DNA of 64,000 bases from Acidobacteriota bacterium (GTDB lineage Bacteria; Acidobacteriota; CAIWXX01). The stretch lies in assembly GCA_040755995.1 (NCBI GenBank), contig JBFMAF010000024.1:288001-352000 (forward strand). The letters are read 5' to 3'. Of this stretch, positions 32,765 through 44,200 are shown one piece after another. The translations under genes were made by a program, and so were the position numbers. Numbering within the stretch: the first letter of the stretch is position 1; each line of letters opens with the position of its first letter. The notes under the pieces were generated by a model, which was not told where the DNA came from, did not search any database, and saw only the letters and a program-made list of their open reading frames with translations.

Positions 32765-33484
32765 TCACGACTTCAACCTTATCGTGAACCTGCAGCCCTT
32801 CCCCGCCAGGTTGCGCCATTCAATGCTGGCGCCGCATAGGCGGCAGATCTTTGCGACGATTGTGAGGCCAAGCCCGGTCCCCTGTGTCGAGGTGGAGAAG
32901 AATGGGCGCAGTATTCTGGAGGCGTTCTCCGCCGGGATGCCTGGGCCCTCGTCGTCCACATGCAGCAAGACCCCGTTGTCCTGTGCCTGCCAAGAGACCA
33001 TGACCGTGGAACCGGGAGGCGAGAAGCGAATCGCGTTCGAGAGGAGCTCCTCGACCACGGTGCGCAGATGCTCCCGGTTGCAGGTGACTCGGACGGGTTC
33101 CCCAGAGACCAGGACCAATGACACGTTCCCCCCGCGTGCCTCATGCAGAACACAACGGAGGCCGGTTGCGACTACCTCGGAGATGTCGAGGGAGCTGGGT
33201 CGAAGCGGCTCGATCTTGACGAACCGCTGCATGTCCCTGACCGCTCCGTCGATTCTAGCCACCGCCGCGAGGATGCTCGTAACATAGTCGAGAATCTCCC
33301 CCTGCGGCTTGATGAGATGCTGGACAAGCTGCGCTCCAGACTTGATCGTGGCCAACGGATTGCGGATTTCGTGTGCCAAGCGCAAGACCATCTCGCCCAG
33401 ATCGTCGGCTGTGAACTCCTCGGACCCGGGTGTCAGTGCATCGTCAAGTCGGGCCGATGCATCGGGACCGTTCCTACCAGGCAT
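32765..33484 (-). CDS. Sensor-less histidine kinase (HisKA-HATPase)
   Basis: AHEIRNPL, SNAIRF, DEGPGI, PFFST, GTGLGL. Confidence 0.88.
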   Translation of the reverse strand: MPGRNGPDASARLDDALTPGSEEFTADDLGEMVLRLAHEIRNPLATIKSGAQLVQHLIKPQGEILDYVTSILAAVARIDGAVRDMQRFVKIEPLRPSSLDISEVVATGLRCVLHEARGGNVSLVLVSGEPVRVTCNREHLRTVVEELLSNAIRFSPPGSTVMVSWQAQDNGVLLHVDDEGPGIPAENASRILRPFFSTSTQGTGLGLTIVAKICRLCGASIEWRNLAGKGCRFTIRLKS

Positions 33485-33628
33485 CCGGCAGCCACCCTTC
33501 TGTCGCCCGCCCGGCCATCCACGAGCTGGAGGCTGCCTCGCCGCGGGGCCACCTGCACGGTGGAATCTCCGCGGCCAGACCGACGTTGCCTGAGAGGAAT
33601 TGGACGGCCCCGGGTTGCGAAAGGGCGC

Positions 33629-35257
33629 TCACTTCGGAGCCTCTCCCGGCTGGGCTTGCCCCGGCGGCGGCGCGGAAACCCTGTCCAGCACCTCCCTCAC
33701 CCTACGCGCCAGCTCCCCGAGCTTGAAAGGTTTCGTCAAGGCCCCCCCCACTCTCTCATCGATGAGATCCGCTTGCTCGATCCCGTGCTCATATCCGGAC
33801 ATGTACAGGAAGTGGGTCTGGGGCGACAAGGACATGGCACGGGAACGAAGCTCGCGCCCCCCCATCTGAGGCATGACAACGTCGGTTATCACAAGTTGCA
33901 CCGGGGCTCGTGAGGAGCCAAGTATCTCCAGAGCCTCACGTCCGTTGCGAGCAACCGTCACCTGGTAGCCGAGGAAGGACAAGGTCTTCTGCAAGATCCA
34001 CCGAAGCTCCGGCTGATCCTCGACAACCAGTATCGACTCCTGCCCGCCTCGGGTCTTCTCATCGTGCAGGTCGCACTCGATCTCCTGAATCCTCTCCTCA
34101 GTCGGAGGAAGATACACGAAGAGGCTGGAGCCTCCACCGAGAGCACTGGTCGCATCAACCATCCCCTTGTGCTGCTTCACAATCGTATAGACCGTCGCGA
34201 GTCCCAGGCCCGTTCCGCCCGCGGCCAGCTTGGTCGTGAAGAAAGGCCTGAACACCCTTCCCAGGGTGTCTTGATCCATCCCGATGCCTGTGTCCTGGAC
34301 GGCGATTCTCACGTAGCGCCCAGGTCTTCCCCACGGGTGGGTCGCGAGAAAGGCTTCTGTGATTGCCACATGTTCCGTCGAGATGGTGATGATTCCCGTG
34401 TCGGGTATTGCGTCATTGGCGTTGGCGCACAGATTCAAGATCACCTGCTCCATCTGTCCCCTGTCGGCGACTACCGTCGCGGCCTGAGAACATAGCGCGA
34501 GCCGGACCTCGATGCTTTCACGGATGAGCCTGCGAAGCATCGGCTGCATTTCCAGAATCATGGAATTCAGGTCGATCACAGCGTCCTGGCGCTCGCGGGG
34601 CCTTGCGAATGCGAGGAGTCCGCGGATGAGCTCCCTCGCCCGCTCGGCCGCACGGATGATGACACGGGTCTCTTCCAGGCCCGATTGATCAGGGGCGAAG
34701 CGGGCGCCGACTATCTCGCTCGCTCCCAGAATCACCGTGATGAGGTTGTTGAAGTCGTGTGCAACGCTGCCCGCCAAGCGGCCGAGCGTCTCCATCCTCT
34801 GCGCCAGGCGCACCTGTTCTTGCATCTGGAACCGGTCAGTGACATCCGAGTAAATCGACGCGTATCCCACCGGCTGACCGACGCCATCCTGTAAGGGCAG
34901 GGCGACGATGTGATGGCTGAACTCCTTGCCGTCGGTCCGACGACCGCTCACCAGGCCCCGCCAGACCTGGCCCCGCGCGAGACATTCGCGCGGCCGCTGG
35001 CACGGTTCAGCGAGACCCTCATCCCTGAACAAGAGGTGATCCTTGCCCATCACCTCCTCCGGGGACGAGGCCACCATCCGCAAGTAAGCCTCGTTCGCAT
35101 ATCGCGTCCTGCCTGCGGTGTCAGTGATCACGACCCCCTCTGCCAGCTGGTCGAGCACGTTCAGCAGTGCGCTGCGATCCGCACCCCGGACGGAAGCTGT
35201 CCTCGCCACCTCTCTGGGCCCCCTTTCCAATGCGGGCTGCACTGCCTCGTCGTTCAT
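33629..35257 (-). CDS. PAS hybrid histidine kinase (CckA-like PAS-HisKA-HATPase-REC)
   Basis: AHDFNNL, NANDA, PFFTTK, GTGLGL, ITDVVMP; start uncertain (open from 35548). Confidence 0.9.
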   Translation of the reverse strand: MNDEAVQPALERGPREVARTASVRGADRSALLNVLDQLAEGVVITDTAGRTRYANEAYLRMVASSPEEVMGKDHLLFRDEGLAEPCQRPRECLARGQVWRGLVSGRRTDGKEFSHHIVALPLQDGVGQPVGYASIYSDVTDRFQMQEQVRLAQRMETLGRLAGSVAHDFNNLITVILGASEIVGARFAPDQSGLEETRVIIRAAERARELIRGLLAFARPRERQDAVIDLNSMILEMQPMLRRLIRESIEVRLALCSQAATVVADRGQMEQVILNLCANANDAIPDTGIITISTEHVAITEAFLATHPWGRPGRYVRIAVQDTGIGMDQDTLGRVFRPFFTTKLAAGGTGLGLATVYTIVKQHKGMVDATSALGGGSSLFVYLPPTEERIQEIECDLHDEKTRGGQESILVVEDQPELRWILQKTLSFLGYQVTVARNGREALEILGSSRAPVQLVITDVVMPQMGGRELRSRAMSLSPQTHFLYMSGYEHGIEQADLIDERVGGALTKPFKLGELARRVREVLDRVSAPPPGQAQPGEAPK

Positions 35258-35865
35258 ACTCTTCCCGTTTTCATGGGCTAACAGGATACCTTCAGTATCC
35301 ATCCCGCTACGTGCCGCGCGGCGGACTCGCTCGTCTGCCACGACGACCCGCCCTCCCGGAGGCGGGTTCCTCTCGGTTGCCCCAATGCCCCGGCCGGCAT
35401 GGCTGGACCGCTCGATGCGGTACCCCGGCCGCATCCTGTGTACCGCTGCATTCCCGCTGTCCACAGGTCGGCGGCACCCGTCAGCATGGTCCATCCCTGT
35501 TAATATGAGCCAGCGCGAGGATGACTGTAGTCGGACGAAAGCCCTCATGTGCCATATGGCAGAGTCCTACCCGATTGGCGCCCTGAGGGCACGCCCTGCG
35601 TCGGCCCGGCCGCGCACGGTGTGCTCTTGCCGAACGAGCCAGTCTTCAGTCGCATCCAACAATTCTCCCTCAACTAAGGATGATTTGGCCAGAAGGGCCC
35701 ATCTTGCGCGGTAATGTGGATTTTTTTTCGGCGGATGAAACCGGGACAGTGCTCATGAACAACCGGGCATACCCGTGACACCGAGACCAGGTGCGTGAAT
35801 GACGGGTGCGCGGAGGGCTTCAGACTCGTGAATTGTGATATCATGTGCGGCAGATCACGTGAGAC

Positions 35866-37182
35866 ATGGCCCTCTGTCTAGTAGTCGAAGACGACCCGGA
35901 CGAGAGCCGGGTGCTGGCAGGAGCGCTTCGCGCGGGTGGTCATCAGGTCCTGTGCGCGAGGGACGGCCGCTCGGCCTCGGAGATCTGCCATCTCCACCGA
36001 CCCGAGCTCGTACTTCTGGATCTGGGCCTGCCTGATATTGACGGGATGAGCCTGATCCCGACCCTGATCCGGCTTTCCCCATTCAGTCGGGTGGTGGTGC
36101 TCACCGGGCTTGACAGCGTCCGGGCTTCCGTCGCGGCTCTGCGCGCTGGCGCCCGTCACTACCTGGTGAAGCCATGGGACCTCGAGGAGCTCCTGCTGAT
36201 CGTCGAGAGGGAGTCGCGCAGTGTCGACTCGAACGAGGTGTGTGCCAGGGAGCGGGTTGGATCCGTCTTCTGGGGCACGCACCCCGCGATGACACGCCTG
36301 AGGCGGCAGCTGGAGAAGTTGTCCGGGGCTCCGACCACCCCGGTTTTCATAGAGGGTGAGACGGGGAGCGGCAAGGAGGTCATAGCGAGGGAGCTGCACC
36401 GGCTGACTGCTGATGCCAAGGAATTCCTCGCGCTAAACTGCGCGGCGATACCAGGTGAGCTTCTGGAGAGCGAGCTGTTCGGGCACGAGCGCGGCGCATT
36501 CACCGGCGCCGAGATGCGACGCAGAGGATTGGTGGAGCTCGCACGTGACGGCACGCTCTTCCTTGACGAGGTATCGGAGACGCCCCCTTCACTGCAGGCG
36601 AAGCTCCTTCGTTTCCTCCAGGATCATCGATTCAGGAGGGTAGGCGGTGAGGTGGAGCTCTCGGCTCCGAGTCGGGTTGTCGCAGCCACTCACCGCGATG
36701 TCGATGCGCTGGTGCAGGAGGGCAGATTCAGAAACGACCTGTTCTACCGGCTGGCTGTCGTGCGCCTGAAAGTCCCTCCCCTCTGTGCACGTCGCGACGA
36801 TCTCCTCCCACTCGCCTACTTCCTCATCCAGACGATTGCCCGAACCCTTGGGCGAGCACCTCGCCAGCTGACTCCCTCTGCCGAGCAGGCCGTATTAGAC
36901 CATGACTGGCCCGGCAACGTGCGAGAGCTCAAGAACCGCCTCGAGCGAGCAACGGTTCTCGGGGAGGGTGAGTACATCCAGCACGAAGACCTCGACCTTC
37001 CAGGGAGTCCGCCGCGAGCGACGCAGCGCCCTGCTGCCGGCAAGACAACCGAGCAGCTCAGCAGGGTGCTGGAGGCGGAGCGCTGGAACATCTCCAAGGC
37101 CGCGAGGCGCCTGGGCGTAGAGCGGCACTGGCTCCGGTATCGCCTGAAGAAAATGGGGCTCAGCAGGCCGGTCGATCGGTAG
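35866..37182 (+). CDS. Sigma54-dependent response regulator
   Basis: REC, GETGSGKE, GAFTGA, WPGNVREL, HTH. Confidence 0.93.
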   Translation: MALCLVVEDDPDESRVLAGALRAGGHQVLCARDGRSASEICHLHRPELVLLDLGLPDIDGMSLIPTLIRLSPFSRVVVLTGLDSVRASVAALRAGARHYLVKPWDLEELLLIVERESRSVDSNEVCARERVGSVFWGTHPAMTRLRRQLEKLSGAPTTPVFIEGETGSGKEVIARELHRLTADAKEFLALNCAAIPGELLESELFGHERGAFTGAEMRRRGLVELARDGTLFLDEVSETPPSLQAKLLRFLQDHRFRRVGGEVELSAPSRVVAATHRDVDALVQEGRFRNDLFYRLAVVRLKVPPLCARRDDLLPLAYFLIQTIARTLGRAPRQLTPSAEQAVLDHDWPGNVRELKNRLERATVLGEGEYIQHEDLDLPGSPPRATQRPAAGKTTEQLSRVLEAERWNISKAARRLGVERHWLRYRLKKMGLSRPVDR

Positions 37183-37256
37183 CCACTTTCTCCAGTTCCC
37201 CCGGCCGGATTCTCCAATTGCTCCACTAGCCGCCTGAGAAATCCTGGATGTCGATC

Positions 37257-37271
37257 TGGCATCCGGCATGC
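37257..37271 (+). promoter_or_regulatory. Putative sigma54 -24/-12 promoter
   Basis: TGGCATCCGGCATGC = GG-N10-GC, between a sigma54 activator gene and the next CDS. Confidence 0.55.
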
Positions 37272-37284
37272 AGGGGGTGCGTGC

Positions 37285-38493
37285 GTGACCCGAGTGCTGA
37301 TCGTGGATGACGAGGCGGAGCTGGTCCGCAACATCGCCAACTACCTTGGGTCCTTCGGCGACGAGTTCAGGGTCTCCACGGCTCTTACCGGCGAGGACGC
37401 GTTGTTGATTCTGAAGCGCGGCTCCGTGGACGTCCTGGTGACAGATGTGAGGCTCCCTGCGATGGATGGACTCGATCTCCTCCGGCGCACGATGGACCTG
37501 AGCCCCAACACCAGGGTGCTTGTGATGACGGCGTTCGCTTCCCCTGATCTGCGAAGCCTGGCGCTCCGAGAAGGAGCTCAGAGATTCATCGAGAAACCGC
37601 TGGATCTCGACGATCTTCGCAAAGCCGTCCATGAGGCCATGGACCTCGGTCGGGGTTGGACAGGACAGGTGGGTCACCTCGACATGTTCGACGTCGCGCA
37701 GATCATGGCCCTGAGCAGGAAGGACAGGACGATCCAGGTTTCGTGCCAGCGCGAGAAAGGGGTCCTGCGCTTCGCTGAGGGGTCGCTGCTGCACGCCTCC
37801 GTAGGCGATCTCGAAGGTGTCAAAGCCTTCTACCGCATGGTGGATTGGGTCGGCGGGAGATTCGAAGAAATCGAAGGTGATGCCGCCGCGAGGTACCAGT
37901 GTAACGTGGATCTTCCGCTGACACACCTCCTGATGGAGGCTGCACGACTTCGAGATGAGCAACACGGCTCCCGGAGGCGGCCTGGAGCCGAGGAGGGATT
38001 GCGCGGCACCGGCCAGGAGGTGCGTACGCTACTCCAGGAGCTGGAATCTGCGCCGGTCGCGGTGGCCGGTGACTCTCATATACCAGAAAAGGAGGAACGA
38101 CCGATGGCGCTCAAGGATCATTTCAACGAGTTGGCCGCAGTCGAGGGGTTCAGGGGTCTCGCAGTGTTCTCGCCCAACGGGGAGATGCTCGATGGTATCG
38201 TATCCGGCAAGTTCGACATCAAGGCGGCCGGGATGTTCGCGAACAACGCTCTTCTGAACGCGCAGAAGGCGACGGACCAGATGGGAGTAGGGCGAGGCAA
38301 CCTGATGCAGATCCGTGCCCCGCAGGCGGTGGTGATCATGCGGTGCCTCAACGAGGCGCCGGAGTTCTCCCAGACCGTGCCGGGGAAGGCACACTTCCAC
38401 ACAGTAGTCGTCTTGGACCCGGAGGGGAACACGGGGCTTGCGTCAATGCTACTGGACAAGACCGTGACCAAGATGACGGCAGAGCTTCGCTAG
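37285..38493 (+). CDS. REC - DUF4388(PATAN)-like - roadblock/LC7-like protein
   Basis: Receiver; GWTGQV..LDMFDVAQI..GVLRF.EG..LHA..LTHLLMEAAR..DE; C-terminal VEGFRGLAVFSPNGE. Confidence 0.75.
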   Translation: MTRVLIVDDEAELVRNIANYLGSFGDEFRVSTALTGEDALLILKRGSVDVLVTDVRLPAMDGLDLLRRTMDLSPNTRVLVMTAFASPDLRSLALREGAQRFIEKPLDLDDLRKAVHEAMDLGRGWTGQVGHLDMFDVAQIMALSRKDRTIQVSCQREKGVLRFAEGSLLHASVGDLEGVKAFYRMVDWVGGRFEEIEGDAAARYQCNVDLPLTHLLMEAARLRDEQHGSRRRPGAEEGLRGTGQEVRTLLQELESAPVAVAGDSHIPEKEERPMALKDHFNELAAVEGFRGLAVFSPNGEMLDGIVSGKFDIKAAGMFANNALLNAQKATDQMGVGRGNLMQIRAPQAVVIMRCLNEAPEFSQTVPGKAHFHTVVVLDPEGNTGLASMLLDKTVTKMTAELR

Positions 38494-38509
38494 CTGGGCC
38501 ACGCGATTG

Positions 38510-38540
38510 CGGGCGATCCCCACGTGACGGGGATCGCCCG
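38510..38540 (+). terminator. Perfect 12-bp hairpin after the stop codon (no U tract)
   Basis: CGGGCGATCCCC-acgtgac-GGGGATCGCCCG. Confidence 0.5.
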
Positions 38541-38789
38541 GGGGGCCCATCGGTCCCCACGGCTCGAGACCTGCACCGGAAGCCCAAGGGAGAGATCCCC
38601 GGCCAATGCAGACGCCTGCTTTCTTGCCGTATGACCCCACGCATGCGCGGGCGGCAGGTCGTGACGTTGTAGTGTGGGTGGGTCGTGTGCTTGCGAAGGC
38701 GCAGACAACCTGCTAGATTTGTCGTCAGTCAGGCGTGCAGGCGGGACCGCCCGCCGAATCAGACTCTCGATGTCTACGGAGGAGGATTC

Positions 38790-39899
38790 ATGATGAGACG
38801 GATGACTGCCGTCGTGGCCGCGATTCTCGCATTCTCATGTTGGGTCGAGGTCATCGGGGCGGCTGAGGAGGTCGCGGAGCAGTGGGTGTCTCCTGAGGAG
38901 ATCGCCAGGGCTGCGAGCCACTGGACACGGGAAAGGCTCTTGGATGCCAAGCCGATGACCATGCTCAGGTCTGACCGGTCCGTTCGACCCCGGGATGCAG
39001 GCGTTCCGCCTTCGACCAATGGAAACCTGCGTTTCGCGCCTGAGACTCTGCCGGAAGACTCGGTGCTGCTCAACCCGACCGACGGAGACCTGCTCGCCAT
39101 CTCCGGCGCTCTCGTGCCGGACGATCCCGGTTCACCGACGAAGAGCATCCCCGCGCCGATGCGCATCGAAGGAGCGGGCTACGACTATCCACCACCCCAG
39201 ACGACCTTCTACGTTCTGACCTCCTTGTACTCTGTGCATCCCTACTGCACCATAGGGAAGGTCGCATTCGAGACAGGAGGAGAGGGAGCGGTCTGCTCCG
39301 GGTCCTCCATCGGAGGCCGTGCGGTGCTCACCGCCGGCCATTGCATCTGCTCCGAGGGACAGTGGCATACCGACTGGATCTTCATCCCAGCTTACAGGAA
39401 TGGCACGGCCCCGTACGGCGTCTGGCCGGCCTTCTACAAGACTGCATTCACTTCCTGGCTCAACGACGGATACCATTGCAGGGACGTCGCGTTCGCGGCC
39501 GTAGTGGATCAGGGCGGCAAGAAATTGTCCAAGAAGGTGGGCGCACTGGGGATCGCGTGGGACCCGACCACGAAGTACACCGACCGGCTGTATCATTGGA
39601 ACGTGTTCGGCTACCCTGCGGCTGACCCCTTCGACGGGTACTGGCTCGTCGAGACACAGGCGTCTTACGCCGAGACCGACAACGATCCGGACTGCACCCC
39701 GGATGAGAATGGGATCGGGGGAATACAGACCGGCGGCTCCAGCGGTGGGCCCTGGATTCTGGACTTCACGCCGGGTGGAGGCGGCAACTACGCGAACAGC
39801 GTGAACAGCTATCACTATACAAGCCAGCCCTATGAGAAGTACGGCCCGTATTTCGACAAGGAAGTCAAGAAACTGCGAGACGCCGCCGTCAAGAAGTAG
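38790..39899 (+). CDS. Secreted trypsin-like (V8/glutamyl endopeptidase-like) serine protease
   Basis: Signal peptide, CSG, LTAGHC, GGSSGGPW; GGAGG RBS. Confidence 0.88.
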   Translation: MMRRMTAVVAAILAFSCWVEVIGAAEEVAEQWVSPEEIARAASHWTRERLLDAKPMTMLRSDRSVRPRDAGVPPSTNGNLRFAPETLPEDSVLLNPTDGDLLAISGALVPDDPGSPTKSIPAPMRIEGAGYDYPPPQTTFYVLTSLYSVHPYCTIGKVAFETGGEGAVCSGSSIGGRAVLTAGHCICSEGQWHTDWIFIPAYRNGTAPYGVWPAFYKTAFTSWLNDGYHCRDVAFAAVVDQGGKKLSKKVGALGIAWDPTTKYTDRLYHWNVFGYPAADPFDGYWLVETQASYAETDNDPDCTPDENGIGGIQTGGSSGGPWILDFTPGGGGNYANSVNSYHYTSQPYEKYGPYFDKEVKKLRDAAVKK

Positions 39900-40003
39900 A
39901 GGACCATCGATTGGGCATGGGATCTTGTCTTCACCTGTGACTCTCGACGTGAGCCCAGTAGCTCGCAGGTCGGAGGCGTGCCCCTTGCGCTCTCAGGCGT
40001 GAA

Positions 40004-41197
40004 ATGAGACCGCCGGCGTATCTCGGACTCGTGCTCCTCCTCAACGCTTTCGCGCTCGTTCCGGCCTCTGGAGGCCCCTCTCCTCAGGACGACGAGGTCG
40101 TTGCCGTCGCCGCGGGCCGCAAGATCACGCAGAAGGACCTGGAGGAGAGGATCAGCAACCTGCCTGACGGCTATCGCGAGGTCTTCGAAACACCGGACGG
40201 CCGGGCCCGCCTGGCCAGGGAGCTGGCCAGAATCGAAGTCTTCTCTCAGGAAGCTGTCAAGATCGGGCTTGACAAAGACCCGGGACTCCAAACGCGTCTC
40301 TCCGAGCTCACCAAGGCCGTTCTGGCAGCCGAGTATGCGAGGGCCAAGATCTCCTCGCGTGTGAGCGTCAGCGAGGAGGAGGCGCGCGCCTACTATGGGA
40401 AGAATCGGGAAGAGTACAGCAACCCGGAGAGGATCTATGCACCGAAGATCTTCGTGCGAGTGCTCGATAGCGACTCGTTCGAGGCAGTGACACAGAAGAG
40501 GGAGAGGGCGGAGAGAGCGAGGAGATTCCTCATGGAAGGAGCGGACTTTCGGAAGACGGCATGGGAGCTCTCGGACGAGCAGCCGGATGCTCAACCCGAC
40601 TACTATGCACGCGGAAGGCTTGTGCCCGAGATCGAGCCGATCGTGTTCGCGCTCAACAAGGGGGAAGTAAGCCCAGTCATGAAGGTGCGCGACGGCTTCG
40701 TGGTATACAAGATCGAAGATCGGATACCCCCGAGTGTCAAGCCGTTCGACGATGTGAAGAGCGAGATCGTCCAGCAGTTGCGTGAGGAGAGGCTGCAGGA
40801 AATGTTCGAGGCGGCCGAGCGCGCGCTGTTCGACAAGTATCAGGTCGTCTTCTCCCCCGGGATCGGTCCGCTGCGCAGGAATCCAAAGGAACAGTCGATC
40901 GCCGTGGGCAAGATTTCGATGGTCGTCCTCGCTGCCCCTGACTCGGCGGCAAAGGGCGTCATCGCAACGCTGCTGATCGAGGGATCGTGGGATGGCGGGG
41001 CCGTTGAGCAGATAGCGATAGCGCTCAGGGCCGACACGACGATCGCGCGCCAGGCCGGATCGGAGGAGCTGCATGCCCGGCTCGATGACCTCCGAGCGGG
41101 TCAGTTCGTGAGGGCGCGCTGCGCTGGACGCGTCGAGCTGTCGAGCCCGTCACGCGGCGAAGCCAAGAGCCTCGTCATCCTGGAACGGCAAGACTGA
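40004..41197 (+). CDS. Parvulin-type peptidyl-prolyl isomerase (PrsA/SurA/PpiD-like)
   Basis: Signal peptide, VVAVAAGRKIT, LVPEIE...FAL..GEVSPV, KPFDDVK. Confidence 0.8.
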   Translation: MRPPAYLGLVLLLNAFALVPASGGPSPQDDEVVAVAAGRKITQKDLEERISNLPDGYREVFETPDGRARLARELARIEVFSQEAVKIGLDKDPGLQTRLSELTKAVLAAEYARAKISSRVSVSEEEARAYYGKNREEYSNPERIYAPKIFVRVLDSDSFEAVTQKRERAERARRFLMEGADFRKTAWELSDEQPDAQPDYYARGRLVPEIEPIVFALNKGEVSPVMKVRDGFVVYKIEDRIPPSVKPFDDVKSEIVQQLREERLQEMFEAAERALFDKYQVVFSPGIGPLRRNPKEQSIAVGKISMVVLAAPDSAAKGVIATLLIEGSWDGGAVEQIAIALRADTTIARQAGSEELHARLDDLRAGQFVRARCAGRVELSSPSRGEAKSLVILERQD

Positions 41198-41271
41198 GCC
41201 TGGTGAAGGCTGGCTCGGCATAGGCTACCAGTCCGTGCTCAGCCGGTGCCGGCCAGGCGGTCTTGTGCCGG

Positions 41272-44200
41272 TCAATGCCCTGAGGTGCCGGCCCGTGCGA
41301 CCTGCTCCAGATACGGCTGGAGCTCGCGCCGGAGGTTGGAATTCAACTCGATCGCTCGTTCCAGCGCCTCCCGCGCTTGCGTCGCCGCCTCTGCCTTCGC
41401 GCCAGGAGTGGCCGCAGATCGGGCCCGGAGCAGGTACAGGAAGCCACGGACGGCATGCGCACGAGCGCAGGCGGGGTTGACTGCGATGGCCCTCTCGGCG
41501 ACTTCCAACCCTCGCTGCAGCGCGTGCGTGGCCTTGTCCGCGCGGGCAGTGGAGGATTCGGCACGCCATCGATACGTCTCGGCCAGCCCGGCCAAAGCAT
41601 CGGTGTTCCGATCGTTGTATCGGATGGCCTCACCAAACGCCCGCTCAGCTTCGACGAGCTCCCGCTCCGCGGGTCGATCAAGGCTGATCGCCCATTGCAC
41701 CTTGAGCAGATGGAGCTCACCGGCGAGAGTATGAGTCTCTGAGGAAGTCGGGTCGATCGCGATCGCCTTCTCCAGTATTGGGGCGGTCGGTGCGAGGCCG
41801 CCGAGTGGTGACCTGTTCTGATCGATTGCGTATCGGGCCTCGATCAGCGCTGCCCGCATCGTGAGGTGCATGCATCCGAGCTCCTCGCCGAAGTCGTCGA
41901 ACACCCTCTGAAGAGACTCCCTGGCCTGGCGGAGTACGCCGGACGGGTCGCGTCCATGGCAGACGTCAAACTGCGCGAGCACCATCCGCGTATGGGCGAG
42001 ATTCAGCAGGGGCAAGTAGACGTCAGAGTGCACCTTCAATGCCTGGTCGAGCGCATGGATGGCATCGGCTGCCGTCTTGGTTGGGTCCCTGCCTGTTTCC
42101 AATTCCCACCTCGCCATCAGCCCACACACCGACCCGAGGTTTCCGAGGGAGTAAGCATGATTTGGGTTGATTTCCAGCGCCTTCTTGTAGGCATCGATCG
42201 ACCGCGAGAAGGAGTCGGAAGGGTCCATTCCTGAATCCATCTCATACATGGCGAGGTCGAAGTAGATGATGCCCATGTTGTTGAAGCCCGAAACGAAGCG
42301 CGGGTTGATCTCCACGGCCTTGCGATAGCAGGCTATGCCCGCCTGGAATGACTTCCGTGGATCCATGCCGCGCCGCATCTCGAACTCGCCAATGTCCAGG
42401 TACGCGATGCCCATGCGCTTGTAGGCGTCAGGGTTCATGGCGTCAATCGCAGCCGCCTTCGTGAAGCTGTCGATGGCCCGATTGAGCGTCTCCCGCGGGT
42501 CCACTCCGGTCTCCTTTTCGATCACTCCGCGGAGGCCGTATGCGACTCCCATGTCAAGGTACGGCTTGTCATTCTGCGAATCGAGCGCGAGAGAACGACT
42601 GGCAGCCTCGACAGCCCTGTCGAACTCATCGAGTGCAGGCTGAGCCCCTGCGCCATGCATCATCAGGTACTCTCCGTGGAGCCAATGCGCCTCGGCCATC
42701 GCGCCGTGCGCCTCGGCGCTCTTCGGGTCCGCCTGCAGCATCCGGTTGACTGCCGAGGTCACCCGTTCGAAGTACGGAGTCGGATCGCCGCCGATCTCGT
42801 ACAAGAGAAGCCTCATCGTGGTCACGTGGAGCGCGCACAGCTGCTGGTACGTATCCGGGTCGCTCTCGCCGACGGAGGCGGCCAGCTGGTAGGCGGCCTC
42901 GGCGAGATCGTATTCCGCGCGAGCCGCCTCGTACTCGCCTCGATCCTGCTTCTCGCTGCCCATCGCCCGATGAACGTCGCCCTCGAGTATCGACGCCTCG
43001 TACAACCACACTGCAGCCTCTCTGGCTGCGCGCGCCCTCCGCAGGGCGGGTTCGTACTGCTTCTCATAAAACGCGACAAGCCCCTTCACATAATCGGGCG
43101 ATTCTGTGCCCACGTCTCGCACCCGACGCAGATGCTCGATCGCCGGGTCCCGGAACGCCTTCTCGATCTCCAGGCGCTTCGCCCCTCTTGCATCCCTGTC
43201 CGTGATCCGCTCGATCTGCTCGAGCTGCTTCAGGTACAGCGCGCCCAATGTCCGGCCGAGCGCCATGGCAACGGAATCGTCCTGGAAGCCGGCGGCCCAG
43301 GCCTTTTCCAGATGTTCCCGCGCGGACTCGTACTTGCCAAGCGCGAGGTATCCGCGGCCCAGGGCGTAGTGGCCGGGGCCATACCCGGCGTCCCCCACAC
43401 GCTCCATCTGTTCCTCGATCGCCATCATTCGCCTCTTCAGCAGATCCATCTCGTTGCGGATGTTGTGGAGCGGCGCCATGTGGGCGAATCGCATGATCGC
43501 CTCGATTTCCTTGATCTCCAGACCGAACCTCTGCGCCAGGATGGCCTCTGAACGTGCGAGCCACCGGGATCGAATTCCGTAACCACCCAGGACCATCACC
43601 GCGACGAGCGCCAAGGTGCTGACCGCGAATACAGCCTTGTTCTTCTTGGCCCTCTTGTAGAGCTTGTACCCCCAGGTCGCAGCGCGCGCCTCCACCGGTT
43701 CACCATCCAGATACCGCTGCAAGTCATCGGCCAGAGCGCGCGCGGAGTCGTAGCGCCTGTGTATCTCCTTTTCCAGGCACTTCATCACGATCGTGTCGAG
43801 GTCCACCGGAATCCCAGGGTTGATCTTGCGCGAGGCAAGCGGCTCCTCGTTGATGACCTTCAACAGCAGGGCCGTGGCGCTCGGCGCCTCGAACGGCACC
43901 CGTCCGGTGAGCATCTCGTACATGGTTGCGCCGAGGCTGTACACGTCCGTGCGGCGATCGAGCCGCTCCAGCTGGCCAAGCGCCTGCTCCGGGGCCATGT
44001 ATGCGGGCGTTCCCAGGACCGCTCCCGTCACCGTCTCTCCGTGAGCCTGCACATCCCGGGCTAGCCCGAAGTCCATCACATAGGGCGCCCATCGCCCCTC
44101 GTCGATTCTGGCCACCATCACGTTGCTCGGCTTGATATCCCGATGGATCAGGCCGATGCGATGAGCCGCGTGCAACCCTTGCGCCACCTGCTGGATTGCC

